64,000 nucleotides of DNA from Chloroflexia bacterium (GCA_034436115.1 DAOTVY010000045.1:15072-79071), one strand, 5' to 3'. Positions 27,169 through 37,352 are shown, counted from the first letter of the stretch. The notes: generated by a model from the letters alone, not told the origin. Numbers and translations are program-made.

Positions 27169-28467
27169 TTACTGGAGGTAGTCGAGCGGGTTGGTGTAGG
27201 CACCCTGGTAGAGGACTTCGAAGTGAAGGTGGGGGCCGGTGCACTTGCCGGTGCAACCGATGTAGCCGAGAAGCTGGCCCCGCTCCACCCACTGTCCCGC
27301 GCTGACATCGGGCTGCTGAGCCAGGTGCCCGTAACGGGTAACCCAGCCTTCCCCGTGGTCGATCTCGACCATGTAGCCCAACGTCCCCCGCCATCCCGCG
27401 TAGACGACCGTGCCAGCAGCCGCCGAGTAGATCGGCGTCCCCCACGATGTCGCGATGTCTACACCCGTGTGCCAACGGGAACCGGTCCAACCGAACCGCT
27501 CCGTGATCCGACCCACGACCGGCCAGGAAAAGCGCTCGCCGCCCGGGAGCGCGGCATAAGCAGGCGCGGTCAAACGCACGTAGGACGGTCGGCTTCGGGA
27601 AACGACCACGGGACGAGGGATCGGCTTAGAAGCTCCCGGGACAAAGATTTTCTGGCCGACTTCGAGGGTGTACGGCTCGCGCAGGTTGTTCGGCGCATAG
27701 GCGATCATGTTGCCCTTGCGCACGCCGTACTTCTCGGCGATGCTCTCCAACGTTTCCCCTTCCTTGACCTCGTGGATCAACCCATCTACGGGGGGAATCT
27801 TCAGCTCCTGACCTACTGTCAGCAGATCCGCGCTCTTCAGTTGGTTGAACCAATACAGCGTTTCCACGCTCAGGCCGAAACGGTCCGCGATCGCGCTCAG
27901 GCTGTCCCCTGACTGCACCTGGTAAACGATCACTTCCTGACGCGCGGAAGCAACCACCTGTTCATCGATGGTGATCGCTTGGCTTTCCGGTCGCACGCGC
28001 TGGATCAGCACGGGGACCGCCGGGACGCTCGCATAAGCGCTGGCCAATCCCTGGTCCTCTCCCCCTCGAATCTGCTGCCAGGCCAGGGCAATCCCCCCCT
28101 GGTTGTTCTCCACCGGTTGCGCGAAGGCCCCCCGGAACCCTCCCCCCACGAGCAACAGCAAGAGGAGCCCCAACAGGCCAAGATGTGCCGGAAAACGACG
28201 CCAGGAAGACAACCAACGGTTTGGAGGAACCGACCGGCGAAGCCAGATTCCCGTGAGGCGTAGGCCTGAAACGGTACGCCCAAGTCGCTCCGCAGCCGCC
28301 GCAAGCGTTGCCGGCCAACGGCGAGGGCGAATGGGCGCGCGTAGACCGCTGACTTGCTCGAGCGAAGACCGGGCTTCCCAGACAGCTTCTCGGAAACGAG
28401 CCCGGGCAGAAAAACGGAAAAGCACCCCTCTTTGGGAGCCGCTTTTCCACGGTAAAGGAGGCGACAT
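27169..28467 (-). CDS. LysM-domain M23 family metallopeptidase
   Basis: Two LysM repeats (YQVQSGDSLSAIADRFGLSVETL; HEVKEGETLESIAEKYGV) and an M23 catalytic domain (HTGVDIA...HLHFEV). Confidence 0.75.
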   Translation of the reverse strand: MSPPLPWKSGSQRGVLFRFSARARFREAVWEARSSLEQVSGLRAPIRPRRWPATLAAAAERLGRTVSGLRLTGIWLRRSVPPNRWLSSWRRFPAHLGLLGLLLLLLVGGGFRGAFAQPVENNQGGIALAWQQIRGGEDQGLASAYASVPAVPVLIQRVRPESQAITIDEQVVASARQEVIVYQVQSGDSLSAIADRFGLSVETLYWFNQLKSADLLTVGQELKIPPVDGLIHEVKEGETLESIAEKYGVRKGNMIAYAPNNLREPYTLEVGQKIFVPGASKPIPRPVVVSRSRPSYVRLTAPAYAALPGGERFSWPVVGRITERFGWTGSRWHTGVDIATSWGTPIYSAAAGTVVYAGWRGTLGYMVEIDHGEGWVTRYGHLAQQPDVSAGQWVERGQLLGYIGCTGKCTGPHLHFEVLYQGAYTNPLDYLQ

Positions 28468-28595
28468 CCACAGGCTCCTTACAGGGCCTTTGTTAATTCC
28501 AAGATACTACACTCGAACCCCTTTGTCAAGTCAGGCGGGGCTCCGCTTTACGGCAGCGGAACCCCGCCGAATCCCGGATATGCCCCTGACCGGAG

Positions 28596-30629
28596 CTAAG
28601 CAGAGGGAAGCGAAGCGGCCAGGATCTCGGACAGATCGTAGACGCAGACCTTTTCCTCCAGCCCCTTTACCTTTACCGCGTCGTCCAGCATACTCAGGCA
28701 ATAGGGGCAGGCGACGGCAACCGCACTGGCCTCAGCGGCCTCGAACTCGCGCAGCCGCACCTGGTTCACGCGCTTGTCCGGCTCTTCCTCCATCCACATC
28801 TTGCCCCCGCCTCCCCCGCAGCAGAGCGCTCGGCGACCGCGGTGAACCGCCTCCACCGGCACAAGGCCCGGAACACGCTCCAGCAGCTGCCTGGGCTCGG
28901 CCACCACGCCGTTGTAACGGGCCAGATAGCATGGGTCGTGGTATACCGTAGGCCCCTTGGTCCACGCTTCTTGGGGCTGCAGCCGGCCCGCCTCCACCAG
29001 ACGCAGCAGATACGTGCTGTGGTGCTCGACGGAGAAGGTGCCGCCAAACTGGGGGTACTCGTTTTTCAGCGTATTGTATCCGTGGGGGCAGGCAGTCACA
29101 ATCGTCCGGAAACGGTACGACTTCAATGTCTGGACGTTCGTCTGGGCCAGCGTCTGAAAGAGGTATTCCTCACCCGCGCGGCGCGCCCAGTCCCCACAAC
29201 ATTGCTCCTCGTCGCCCAGGGCGGCAAAGGTCACCCCCGCGCGCTGCAGCAGCTGGGCCACCGTCCGTACCACCTTCTGGTTCCGGGGGTCGTAAGCGCC
29301 CGCGCACCCGACCCACAGGAGCACCTCCGCCTCGCCCACGTCGGCCATGAGCGGCACACCCAGCCCCTCAGCCCACTGCATCCGCCCGCCGCGCTGGCCG
29401 TAAGGGTTCCCCGCGCGCTGCGTCCTGTCCAGCGCCGCGCGGAGCGATCCAGGGATCTGTCCGCTACAAAGCGACAGGTATCGGCGTAGCTCGACGATCG
29501 TGCCGATATGGTCGATCAGCACCGGGCAGCGTTCCATGCAGGCCATACACGTCGTGCAGGACCAGAGGCTTTCCTCAGCCACAACGCCGCCGGCAAGCTC
29601 CAGGTCCTCGCGTTCGAACTTCCTCCCGCGAGCGCCCACGAGGGGTACACGCCCGCGCTGGAGCATGAAGGCATCCAGATCCAGGATCACCTGGCGCGGG
29701 GAAAGCGGCTGACCGGCCAGGAAGGCCGGACAGACGTCCTGGCAACGCCCGCAACGGGTGCACGATTCATAGTCGAGCAGCCGCTTTCTGGGGAGGTGCG
29801 CCAGCTCCGCCGCGCCCAACACCTCGGCCTCCTCGAGGTTCGGGATCATCGGAAGCGCCGCCTGCGTCTCCAACGGCGCAAAAAAGGCGTTCAATGGGTT
29901 CGTCACTAGGTGGAAGAGGCGCGTATAGGGGATGAGGGCGATGAAGCCGAGCGCCATCACGGCGTGCACCCACCATAGGACACGGTGGGCGACCAGGGCG
30001 CCCGGGCCCGTTGCGCCAAGGGCGGAAATCAAGCTGGCCAAGGCATATCCGACGAAGGACGAGCTCCCCCAAGGCGGTTGCTGGACCGCAAGCCGCAGCC
30101 CCTCGAGCAGATAGCCACCGACCCCCAGGAAGAGGAGCAGCAGCAGGACCAGGAGGTCATCCGGGCGGTTCTCCAGGCGCGCCGGCCGGAGGAGGTAGCG
30201 CCGCACGATCGCCAGCACCACGCCCAGAAGGAAAACCAGGCCCATCAAGTCCAGGACGGCTTCCGTCCCCAGGTAGAACGAGCCCCGCATGTAGTGCAGA
30301 CGGAAGAGCGGCCCCACGACGTCGTCGTTGAAAAAGATGAGCACGGTGCCCACGAAAAGCAGCAGGAAACCGAAGAAAAGCGTCAGGTGCATCAGGCCAG
30401 GGAAAACCTCGTTGGCCACCTTGACCTGCCCCAGGGCATAGACCAGCAGGTTCCACAGCCGTCGACCGAAGCGGTCGCACCGCAGGTCGGGTTGTCCCTG
30501 TCTCCAAAGGGAGATCCGCCGGTACAAGCCGTAGCCGAAGAACCCCAGGGCCACGGCCAACCCGACATAGAGCAAGATCTGGGTCCAGGGCTGGGGCATG
30601 TTCCAAAACGATTCACGCACGGGTTCCAT
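28596..30629 (-). CDS. Membrane-bound FeS oxidoreductase (N-terminal NarI/HdrE-like TM domain, 2x[4Fe-4S] ferredoxin, 2xCCG domains), ETF-linked
   Basis: 677 aa. About 6 N-terminal TM helices. CTRCGRCQDVCP and CTTCMACMERCP ferredoxin motifs. CCG-type Cys clusters. Located directly downstream of etfA. Confidence 0.7.
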   Translation of the reverse strand: MEPVRESFWNMPQPWTQILLYVGLAVALGFFGYGLYRRISLWRQGQPDLRCDRFGRRLWNLLVYALGQVKVANEVFPGLMHLTLFFGFLLLFVGTVLIFFNDDVVGPLFRLHYMRGSFYLGTEAVLDLMGLVFLLGVVLAIVRRYLLRPARLENRPDDLLVLLLLLFLGVGGYLLEGLRLAVQQPPWGSSSFVGYALASLISALGATGPGALVAHRVLWWVHAVMALGFIALIPYTRLFHLVTNPLNAFFAPLETQAALPMIPNLEEAEVLGAAELAHLPRKRLLDYESCTRCGRCQDVCPAFLAGQPLSPRQVILDLDAFMLQRGRVPLVGARGRKFEREDLELAGGVVAEESLWSCTTCMACMERCPVLIDHIGTIVELRRYLSLCSGQIPGSLRAALDRTQRAGNPYGQRGGRMQWAEGLGVPLMADVGEAEVLLWVGCAGAYDPRNQKVVRTVAQLLQRAGVTFAALGDEEQCCGDWARRAGEEYLFQTLAQTNVQTLKSYRFRTIVTACPHGYNTLKNEYPQFGGTFSVEHHSTYLLRLVEAGRLQPQEAWTKGPTVYHDPCYLARYNGVVAEPRQLLERVPGLVPVEAVHRGRRALCCGGGGGKMWMEEEPDKRVNQVRLREFEAAEASAVAVACPYCLSMLDDAVKVKGLEEKVCVYDLSEILAASLPSA

Positions 30630-30660
30630 CGGGGTGTCCTCCTCGAAGCCCCAGCGGCCC

Positions 30661-31680
30661 CTACTTGCCCAACCTCTCCTTGAGCGCCTTGGTCAGCGCG
30701 GGGACAATCACCTTGAGGTCGCCCACGATCCCATAGTCGGCGAGCTGAAAGATCGGCGCCTCCGGGTCCTTGTTGATGGCCACGATGTAGCGCGAACCGC
30801 GCATGCCGGCCACATGCTGGATGGCCCCGGAAACGCCGCAGGCGATGTAGAGGTCCGGGCGCACGGTGACCCCGGTCTGCCCCACCTGATGTGGATATGA
30901 GATCCACCCCTGGTCGACAGCCGAGCGGGATGCCCCTACCGCGCCGCCGAGCAGATCAGCGAGTTCCTGTAGCGGGCGGAACCCCTCCGCGCTGCCCACG
31001 CCACGGCCCCCGGCGACGATCACCTTCGCCTCGGTCAAGTTGACACCCCCCTCCTCGCGCAGCACCTCCAACACGCGGGTGGGGATCGCCTCCTCGGGAA
31101 GGGCCGGCGGGACCGCGATCACCTCGCCCGTGCGCGAGGGGTCGGGCACTGCCGCTTCGTAAACGCGCGGCCGGACGGTCACGATCTGGGGCCTTTGGGT
31201 CGGGATGGCCACCGTCGCCAAGACGTTTCCGCCCATAGCCGGCCGCGTGGCCCGAAGCAGCCGGCCTTCTACGTCGAGCTCGAGCGAAGTGCAGTCCGCC
31301 GCCACGCCGGTCTCAAGCTCTGCAGCTGCCATCGCGGCCAAGTCCCGTCCGCGGGTGGTGGCGCCCAGGAGGACGATCTCCGGGCAGTGTTCCCGGATCA
31401 GGCGTACGAGGAGCGCTGCCGCCGCTTCCGCGCGGAAGGAAGCAAACGTCGGGTCATCGGCCACGTAGGCCACGTCTGCGCCGCGCGCCACGGCTTCCCG
31501 GGCGAGCGCTTCCACCCCGTCGCCCGCGACCACGGCGGCGAGCGGTACACCCAGGGCATCCGCAAAGCGCCGTCCCTGTCCCAGGAGCTCCCAGGAAACG
31601 GTGTGGGCCACGCCGCCTTCCTGCTCGACCCAGACCCAAACGCCACGCCAGTTCGTCGGATCGTGCGGTTGAAGGACCAT
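30661..31680 (-). CDS. etfA: Electron transfer flavoprotein alpha subunit
   Basis: 339 aa. C-terminal FAD-binding region (YIACGVSGAIQHVAGM...) typical of EtfA. Confidence 0.85.
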   Translation of the reverse strand: MVLQPHDPTNWRGVWVWVEQEGGVAHTVSWELLGQGRRFADALGVPLAAVVAGDGVEALAREAVARGADVAYVADDPTFASFRAEAAAALLVRLIREHCPEIVLLGATTRGRDLAAMAAAELETGVAADCTSLELDVEGRLLRATRPAMGGNVLATVAIPTQRPQIVTVRPRVYEAAVPDPSRTGEVIAVPPALPEEAIPTRVLEVLREEGGVNLTEAKVIVAGGRGVGSAEGFRPLQELADLLGGAVGASRSAVDQGWISYPHQVGQTGVTVRPDLYIACGVSGAIQHVAGMRGSRYIVAINKDPEAPIFQLADYGIVGDLKVIVPALTKALKERLGK

Positions 31681-31692
31681 GGGAGCCTCCTC

Positions 31693-32502
31693 TCAGAGGA
31701 TCTTGAGACCGAGCAGCCGATCGGCCAGAGCGGCCGCCTGTTCCTCGGGGGTTGCGCCGCCGATCAGCTCCACTTTCCCGGCGCGTGCCGGTGGGTACTC
31801 CACCCGAAGCACGCGGCTCGGGGAACCTTGCAGGCCGAATCCCGCCGGGTTCGCTCCCGCCGCGACCAGATCGGCCGCCGTCCAAACCGGAACCGGCATC
31901 TTGGACGCCTTTCGGATCCCTAGAAGCGTGGGATAGCGCGGCTGGTTGATGTCTTTGACCACGCTCACCGCCGCTGGGAGCGAGCTTTCCACCACCTCGC
32001 GCCGGCCCTCGAGCAGTCGCTCCACCACGATCTTGCGGCCCACGGGGTCGAGCGAGCGCACCTTGAAGACGAAGGTTAGCGCCGGAATCCCAAGGAAGCG
32101 GGCCACGGCCGGTGCCACCAGCCCGGTCGTCCCGTCCGTAGACTGCTTGCCGAAGAAGACCAGGTCAAAGTCGCCGATCTTGCGGATCGCCTGAGCCAGG
32201 GTATAGGCGGTAGACCAGGCATCCGCACCTTCGAACTGGGGATCGGACAAGAGGATGGCCTCGTCGACCCCCATGGCGAGCGCCTTCTTCAGCGCCTCGG
32301 TCGCTTCCGCGGGGCCCATGGACAGGGCGGTCACCTTGCCACCGAACTTTTCCCGCGCGAGCAGCGCCTCCTCGATGGCGTACTCGTCAAAGACATTCAC
32401 CATCGTCGGCATTCCGGCCAGCAAAAGCTCCCCGCGCGCTGTGTCGACCTTGACCGGGGCCTCCGTGTCCGGCACCTGCTTGATGCAGACGATCGCGTGC
32501 AA
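31693..32502 (-). CDS. etfB: Electron transfer flavoprotein beta subunit
   Basis: 269 aa. MHAIVCIKQVPDTE N-terminus typical of EtfB. Confidence 0.85.
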   Translation of the reverse strand: MHAIVCIKQVPDTEAPVKVDTARGELLLAGMPTMVNVFDEYAIEEALLAREKFGGKVTALSMGPAEATEALKKALAMGVDEAILLSDPQFEGADAWSTAYTLAQAIRKIGDFDLVFFGKQSTDGTTGLVAPAVARFLGIPALTFVFKVRSLDPVGRKIVVERLLEGRREVVESSLPAAVSVVKDINQPRYPTLLGIRKASKMPVPVWTAADLVAAGANPAGFGLQGSPSRVLRVEYPPARAGKVELIGGATPEEQAAALADRLLGLKIL

Positions 32503-32563
32503 TGGGACCTCCTTTCGGGGATCCCCTTCCCTCCCGCTTGCGGGGAGGGAAGGGGGAAAAGCC

Positions 32564-33787
32564 TTATAGTTGCTGAGCTCCCCAGCGGTAGGGGAGGTAA
32601 TCGTTGCCCAGGATCTCGCGGGCGATGATCAGCCGCATGATGTTCGTCGTGCCCTCCGCGCCGATGGAGTAGGAGCGCACGCCCCGGATGCCCATTTCGA
32701 TCGGGAACTCCTTGGAATAGCCGGCGGCCCCGAACCAATCCGCGACCTCGTTCATGGCCTGCCAGGCATAGATCGGCGCGCGCAGCTTGGCCATGGCGGC
32801 CGCCCGGGCGACGTCGAACGCCGTAGCCGATTTGTCCTGCCACATTTTGTCCATCAGCCAGGCGGCCTTGTAGGTGAGCAGCCGGGCCTCCTCGATGTTC
32901 GTGGCGTGCTCCGCCAGCGGGAACTGCACCCCTTCGAAGGCCGCGATCGGCCGGCCGAAGGCATAGCGCTGCTTGATGTAGTCGATGCCCATCTCCAGCA
33001 CCGCTTCGGCTGCGCCGACACAGGTGGCGCCGATGAGCACGCGCGCGGCGGAAAAGCCCTCCATCGCGTAGTAGAAGCCCCGACCCTCTTCGCCGATGCG
33101 GTTCTTGTCGGGCAGGAAAACGTCTTCCAGGGTAAAGCCCCCGGTCGAGATCCCAGCCCGACCCATGTCCTCGATGAGGGTGGTGGAGATTCCGGGGGTG
33201 TCCTTCAGCGGCACAGCAAAGAAGGTGAACCCACGGTGGCCGGCCTTCGGATCCGTGCGACAGAGCGTCATGTGGATGCCACCGAGCCGCTTCGACTCGG
33301 CGACGCCCGAGATGTACATCTTTTCCCCGTTGAGCACCCACCCGTCGCCCTTGCGCTCGGCCTTGGTCCGCGTAGCCCCCAGGATGTCCGAGCCGCCCGA
33401 GGGCTCGGTGGTGGCGATGCCCAGGAAAGCCTCCCCCCTGGTCACGCGCGGGAGGATCTCCTGCTTCAGTTCGGGGCTGGCGTAGTGGTCAAAGACGGAG
33501 CCCCAGGAAGCCATCACCAGGAAGAGGACCGGGATCGCCACGCTGATGTCCGCCCGGCCGAGTTCCTCGGCCGCGATGGCCGCCTCCATCCAGGAAGCGC
33601 CCATCCCGCCGTACTCCTCCGAGACGGTGCAGGCCAGCAGGCCCAGGTCCGCCATTCCCTTGATGACCTCATCTGGGATCTTGCCCTCTTCGTCCATCTT
33701 GCGCACGATCGGTTTGATCACGCTCTGGGCGAAATCCCGCACCGAGGCGCGCCACATCTCCTGTTCTTTGGTAAACGCGAAGTCCAT
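32564..33787 (-). CDS. Acyl-CoA dehydrogenase
   Basis: MDFAFTKEQEMWRASVRDFA... with overall ACAD similarity (GLL/GATEP-like motifs). AAGGAGAAGG RBS. The ORF-track ORF extends to 33838. Confidence 0.85.
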   Translation of the reverse strand: MDFAFTKEQEMWRASVRDFAQSVIKPIVRKMDEEGKIPDEVIKGMADLGLLACTVSEEYGGMGASWMEAAIAAEELGRADISVAIPVLFLVMASWGSVFDHYASPELKQEILPRVTRGEAFLGIATTEPSGGSDILGATRTKAERKGDGWVLNGEKMYISGVAESKRLGGIHMTLCRTDPKAGHRGFTFFAVPLKDTPGISTTLIEDMGRAGISTGGFTLEDVFLPDKNRIGEEGRGFYYAMEGFSAARVLIGATCVGAAEAVLEMGIDYIKQRYAFGRPIAAFEGVQFPLAEHATNIEEARLLTYKAAWLMDKMWQDKSATAFDVARAAAMAKLRAPIYAWQAMNEVADWFGAAGYSKEFPIEMGIRGVRSYSIGAEGTTNIMRLIIAREILGNDYLPYRWGAQQL

Positions 33788-33857
33788 GGCCTTCTCCTTT
33801 CTGGACTGCCAGCGTCCCCCCTCGGGGACTTCGAACACCTTCTTGCCAGGGCCCAGG

Positions 33858-35219
33858 TCACGTCGCGGAAACCGGCCCCACCGTGGCCTGGCCCAGTAGG
33901 GCCACGCCCGCCTCGAGGGCAGCCAGGTTTTCCCGGGCGACCTCGGCCTTTTGTCCCACTGTGATCGCTTCGCGCAGCGCCTCCAGCGGAAGCAGCCCGG
34001 TATCGCCTACCAGCGCCGCCAGCGCCATCATCGCCTGGTCCTTCTTCCCCACCGACGCCAGCGCAAGCGGCACCAGCTGTGCTTCGGTCTCCACCGGAAG
34101 GAGGTCGCTGCGGATGTAGAGGCGCGCCTGCGGCCCAAGGCGTTCGAGCGTCCGCCGCGCCACCTTCAGCCCCTCAGGCGCCAGCACGAGCATGAGATCG
34201 GGGGAGGGAATCCCCGTGTAATGGATCTCCTCGAGGCTGAGGATCACCTCGGAGACCGAATGGCCCGTTTGCACGGTCACCGGGTAGTCGTCCCGCTGGG
34301 TCGCCCAAAGTCCCGCGAGCACGGCCGCTCGACCCAGGATCGTTGCTGTCGAGCGGATCTTCTGGCCGGCCGCCCCGGCGATGACGATATGCGTCTTCTT
34401 GCGAACGCCGCTTTCGTACCGCGTCGGGAGAGGCTGAGGGGATAGCACGCGTTGGCCCGCCTGCGCGGCCACGAGCTCGCGATACGCGCGGCTATACTCA
34501 GCACGCTCCTCGCGGTGGACAATCCCTCGGCTCAAGCCACGTTCCGCCATCGCGGCCTCCAGGCCACGGCGCGTCAGCCGGTTGCTGGGGACAAAGTAAG
34601 CGGTGCACAGTTCCCAGATGTCAAAGAAAGCGAACCCTTCTCCCGCGATCGCCTCCGCGATCCAGTCGCTCAGCTCGGGGTCGAAGGCGGTCGCGCGAAC
34701 CACCAACCGGCCGCCGCTGGCGGCGACGATGCCGCATAGATCGAGCGGGTACTCGAGGTTGCCCAGGCGGGTAGTCGCCGTTGTGGCCCCATGCGGCGTG
34801 GTCACCGAGTGCTGGCCGCCGGTCATGCCAAAGTTAAAGTTGTTCAACAGGAGGACCGTGATCCCGATATTGCGGCGGGCCGCGTTGATCAAGTGATGGC
34901 CACCGATCCCTGCCCCGCCATCCCCCATGATGACCACCACTTTGAGGTCGGGGTTGGCCAGCTTGATCCCACTGGCGTAAGTGACGGAACGCCCGTGGAG
35001 CCCGTGGAAGGCATTGGTGATAAAGTACTGGTCGGACAACCCCGAACAGCCGATGTCGGAGACGATCACCACCTTGCGCGGATCGAGCTGGAGGCGCACT
35101 AGGGCTGCGTTCAGCCGGTCCAACACCAGGCCGTGGCTACAGCCCGGGCAAAACGGGTAGGGCAGGCGGGTGGGATCGAGGTAGGTCGGCCACCGGAGTT
35201 CGCTTTCCACAGCTTCCAT
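33858..35219 (-). CDS. 2-oxoacid:ferredoxin oxidoreductase TPP-binding beta subunit fused to a gamma-like C-terminal domain
   Basis: CPGCSHG...GDGG TPP-binding motifs, with a C-terminal domain resembling KOR/POR gamma. GGAGGAGG RBS before the ATG at 35219; a TTG at 35231 is an alternative start. Confidence 0.7.
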   Translation of the reverse strand: MEAVESELRWPTYLDPTRLPYPFCPGCSHGLVLDRLNAALVRLQLDPRKVVIVSDIGCSGLSDQYFITNAFHGLHGRSVTYASGIKLANPDLKVVVIMGDGGAGIGGHHLINAARRNIGITVLLLNNFNFGMTGGQHSVTTPHGATTATTRLGNLEYPLDLCGIVAASGGRLVVRATAFDPELSDWIAEAIAGEGFAFFDIWELCTAYFVPSNRLTRRGLEAAMAERGLSRGIVHREERAEYSRAYRELVAAQAGQRVLSPQPLPTRYESGVRKKTHIVIAGAAGQKIRSTATILGRAAVLAGLWATQRDDYPVTVQTGHSVSEVILSLEEIHYTGIPSPDLMLVLAPEGLKVARRTLERLGPQARLYIRSDLLPVETEAQLVPLALASVGKKDQAMMALAALVGDTGLLPLEALREAITVGQKAEVARENLAALEAGVALLGQATVGPVSAT

Positions 35220-35237
35220 CGCCTCCTCCAACGCCTC

Positions 35238-36356
35238 TCAGCGCAGGTGGGCCAGGATCTCCTGGGGCGTGATCAGCTCGCCATCCACCCGGTGCACCCC
35301 CACCACTTCGATCCCACGTGCGGCCGCCAACCGCTCGACCTCCAGGCGGTACTGGCCGAGGTTGAGCTCCGCTACGACGACTCGCTCGATCCCTTCGCAC
35401 GCCTCGAGGATGGCGCGCTCGGGTACCGGCCAAAGCGTCAGGACGGTAAGCGCCGAGACCTTTTGCCCATCCTTACGCGCCAGGGCGACCGCCTCGGCCA
35501 TCGCCCGAGCGGTGGTGCCGTAGCTCAGCAACAGTGTCCGTGCGCCCGGCTCCAGATCTGCCTTGACCATCGCGATCTCGTCGCGATAGGCATCGATCTT
35601 GGCGGCCAGGTGTCGGTTCAGCCGCTCTACCTTCGCGGGATCCTTGGTCAGATAGCCAAACTCGTCGTGGGTGGACGTGGTAAAGCGGACGATGTGTGGG
35701 CCCCCGATGGGAGAAAAGAGCGGCACATCCTCGAGGGCCGCGATCCGATAGGGGACAAACGCTGCATCGGGCGGAGCATACCGGCGCGAGGTCACCGGAA
35801 CTGGTTCGTAGGCCGCGACATCGACCGTCGCCCGGGTGAGCACCATTTCCTTATCGGTCGCCAAGAAGACCGGAGTGCGAAACCGCTCCGCAAGGTTAAA
35901 GGCGTGGATGGTGAGGCTGTAGCATTCGGGGATTGTGCTGGGGGCGAGGGCAATGATCGGGTAGCCTCCTGAGGTGCCCCAGCGGAGGAACTGCACGTCG
36001 CCCTGGGCCACTGTGGTGGCGCCCCCGGTGGCCGGCCCCATCCGCTGGCAATCGACGATCACCAGGGGGACCTCGCCCATGACCGCCAGACCGATGTTCT
36101 CGCTATAAAGGCTGATGCCTGGGCCAGAAGTCGCTGTCATCGCCTTGCGACCAGCCATCGCCGCCCCGATGCACAGCCCCAGGGAAGCGATCTCGTCCTC
36201 GGCCTGGATCGCGACCCCCCCAACCTTCGGGAGTTCCCGTAACATATGCACCAGGATACCGGAAGCAGGCGTGATCGGGTAGCCGGCGAAAAAGTCGCAA
36301 CCTGCCGCCAGCGCTCCCCGAGCAATCGCCTCGCTACCGTCGATAAACTCGCGCAT
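35238..36356 (-). CDS. 2-oxoacid:ferredoxin oxidoreductase alpha subunit
   Basis: MREFIDGSEAIARGALAAGCDFFAGYPITPAS is the typical KorA/PorA N-terminus. 373 aa. Confidence 0.75.
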   Translation of the reverse strand: MREFIDGSEAIARGALAAGCDFFAGYPITPASGILVHMLRELPKVGGVAIQAEDEIASLGLCIGAAMAGRKAMTATSGPGISLYSENIGLAVMGEVPLVIVDCQRMGPATGGATTVAQGDVQFLRWGTSGGYPIIALAPSTIPECYSLTIHAFNLAERFRTPVFLATDKEMVLTRATVDVAAYEPVPVTSRRYAPPDAAFVPYRIAALEDVPLFSPIGGPHIVRFTTSTHDEFGYLTKDPAKVERLNRHLAAKIDAYRDEIAMVKADLEPGARTLLLSYGTTARAMAEAVALARKDGQKVSALTVLTLWPVPERAILEACEGIERVVVAELNLGQYRLEVERLAAARGIEVVGVHRVDGELITPQEILAHLR

Positions 36357-36410
36357 GTTCCTCTCCGCTCCGGGATACACGCACCGGAACGCATTCGACG
36401 CAACCGTGGG

Positions 36411-37352
36411 CTAGCGACGCTGGAAGCGTGCTTCCCGCTTTTCCAGGAAAGCGGAGGTGCCCTCGTTCTTGTCCTCGGTGGCACAGATCAGGCCGAACTG
36501 CGCTGCTTCGAAGGCACAGGCTTTTTCGAGCGTGGTTTCCGCCCCGGTGCGTAGGCAACGCTTGGCCACCTCCACGGCGATGGGGCCGTTTCTGAGGATC
36601 TGTTCGGCCATCTCGCGTGCCGCGCTCAGCGCCGTGTTTGGGGCACCGGGGTTGCAGGTGTGGCAGTATCCCCATCGATCGAGCGGAGCGCCGCACTGCG
36701 CACAAACGGTCACCGGCTGTCCACAATTGGGACAGTGCGCACCGTGCTCGCAGGGCGTCCCCCGACAGGGGTTGCCCGGCATCTCCTGGCCGCACCGGTG
36801 GCACACGACCCGGTCGACAAGCCCGATGGACTTTGCCTCCAGGGCGGAGATTTGCTCCCCGGTGAGCACCAATCGCATGGCTTGGCCCATCCCCACGAGC
36901 CGGGGCAGGCGCTGTGACCCACCAAAGCCGGGGATCAGCCCGAGCTTGACCTCCGGCTGCCCCAGACGGGCGTTGTCCGAGGCGATGCGGATGTCGCCCG
37001 CCATAGCGAGCTCACACCCCCCACCCAGAGCGAAACCGTTCACCGCCATGAGCACCACGAGCCGCGAGTTCTCCATCTCGAAGAACAGCTGCTCCGCACG
37101 CCGGCACATCCATTCCCCCGTTTCGGGGGTGAGCAGCCTTAGCTCGTTGATGTCCGCACCGGCGACGAACGACTTGGGACCTGCTCCAGTCAGGATCAAT
37201 ACCCGAACCGACTCCTGGGCCTGGACCTCGTGGAAAGCCGAGATCAGCTCGCCGACCGTGGCGTGGTTGAGGGCATTGAGCACTTTGGGGCGATTGATCG
37301 TGATGACGGCCACCTCGCCGTCGACCTCGAGCGCGATGTTCTCGTAGACCAT
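36411..37352 (-). CDS. Enoyl-CoA hydratase/isomerase (crotonase) carrying a ~55-aa zinc-ribbon-like insertion with multiple CxxC pairs
   Basis: ITINRPKVLNALN...GGGCELAMAGD crotonase core. Insertion VCHRCGQEMPGNPCRGTPCEHGAHCPNCGQPVTVCAQCGAPLDRWGYCHTCNPGAP lies between the catalytic core and the C-terminal helices (approximately nt 36639-36803). Confidence 0.75.
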   Translation of the reverse strand: MVYENIALEVDGEVAVITINRPKVLNALNHATVGELISAFHEVQAQESVRVLILTGAGPKSFVAGADINELRLLTPETGEWMCRRAEQLFFEMENSRLVVLMAVNGFALGGGCELAMAGDIRIASDNARLGQPEVKLGLIPGFGGSQRLPRLVGMGQAMRLVLTGEQISALEAKSIGLVDRVVCHRCGQEMPGNPCRGTPCEHGAHCPNCGQPVTVCAQCGAPLDRWGYCHTCNPGAPNTALSAAREMAEQILRNGPIAVEVAKRCLRTGAETTLEKACAFEAAQFGLICATEDKNEGTSAFLEKREARFQRR

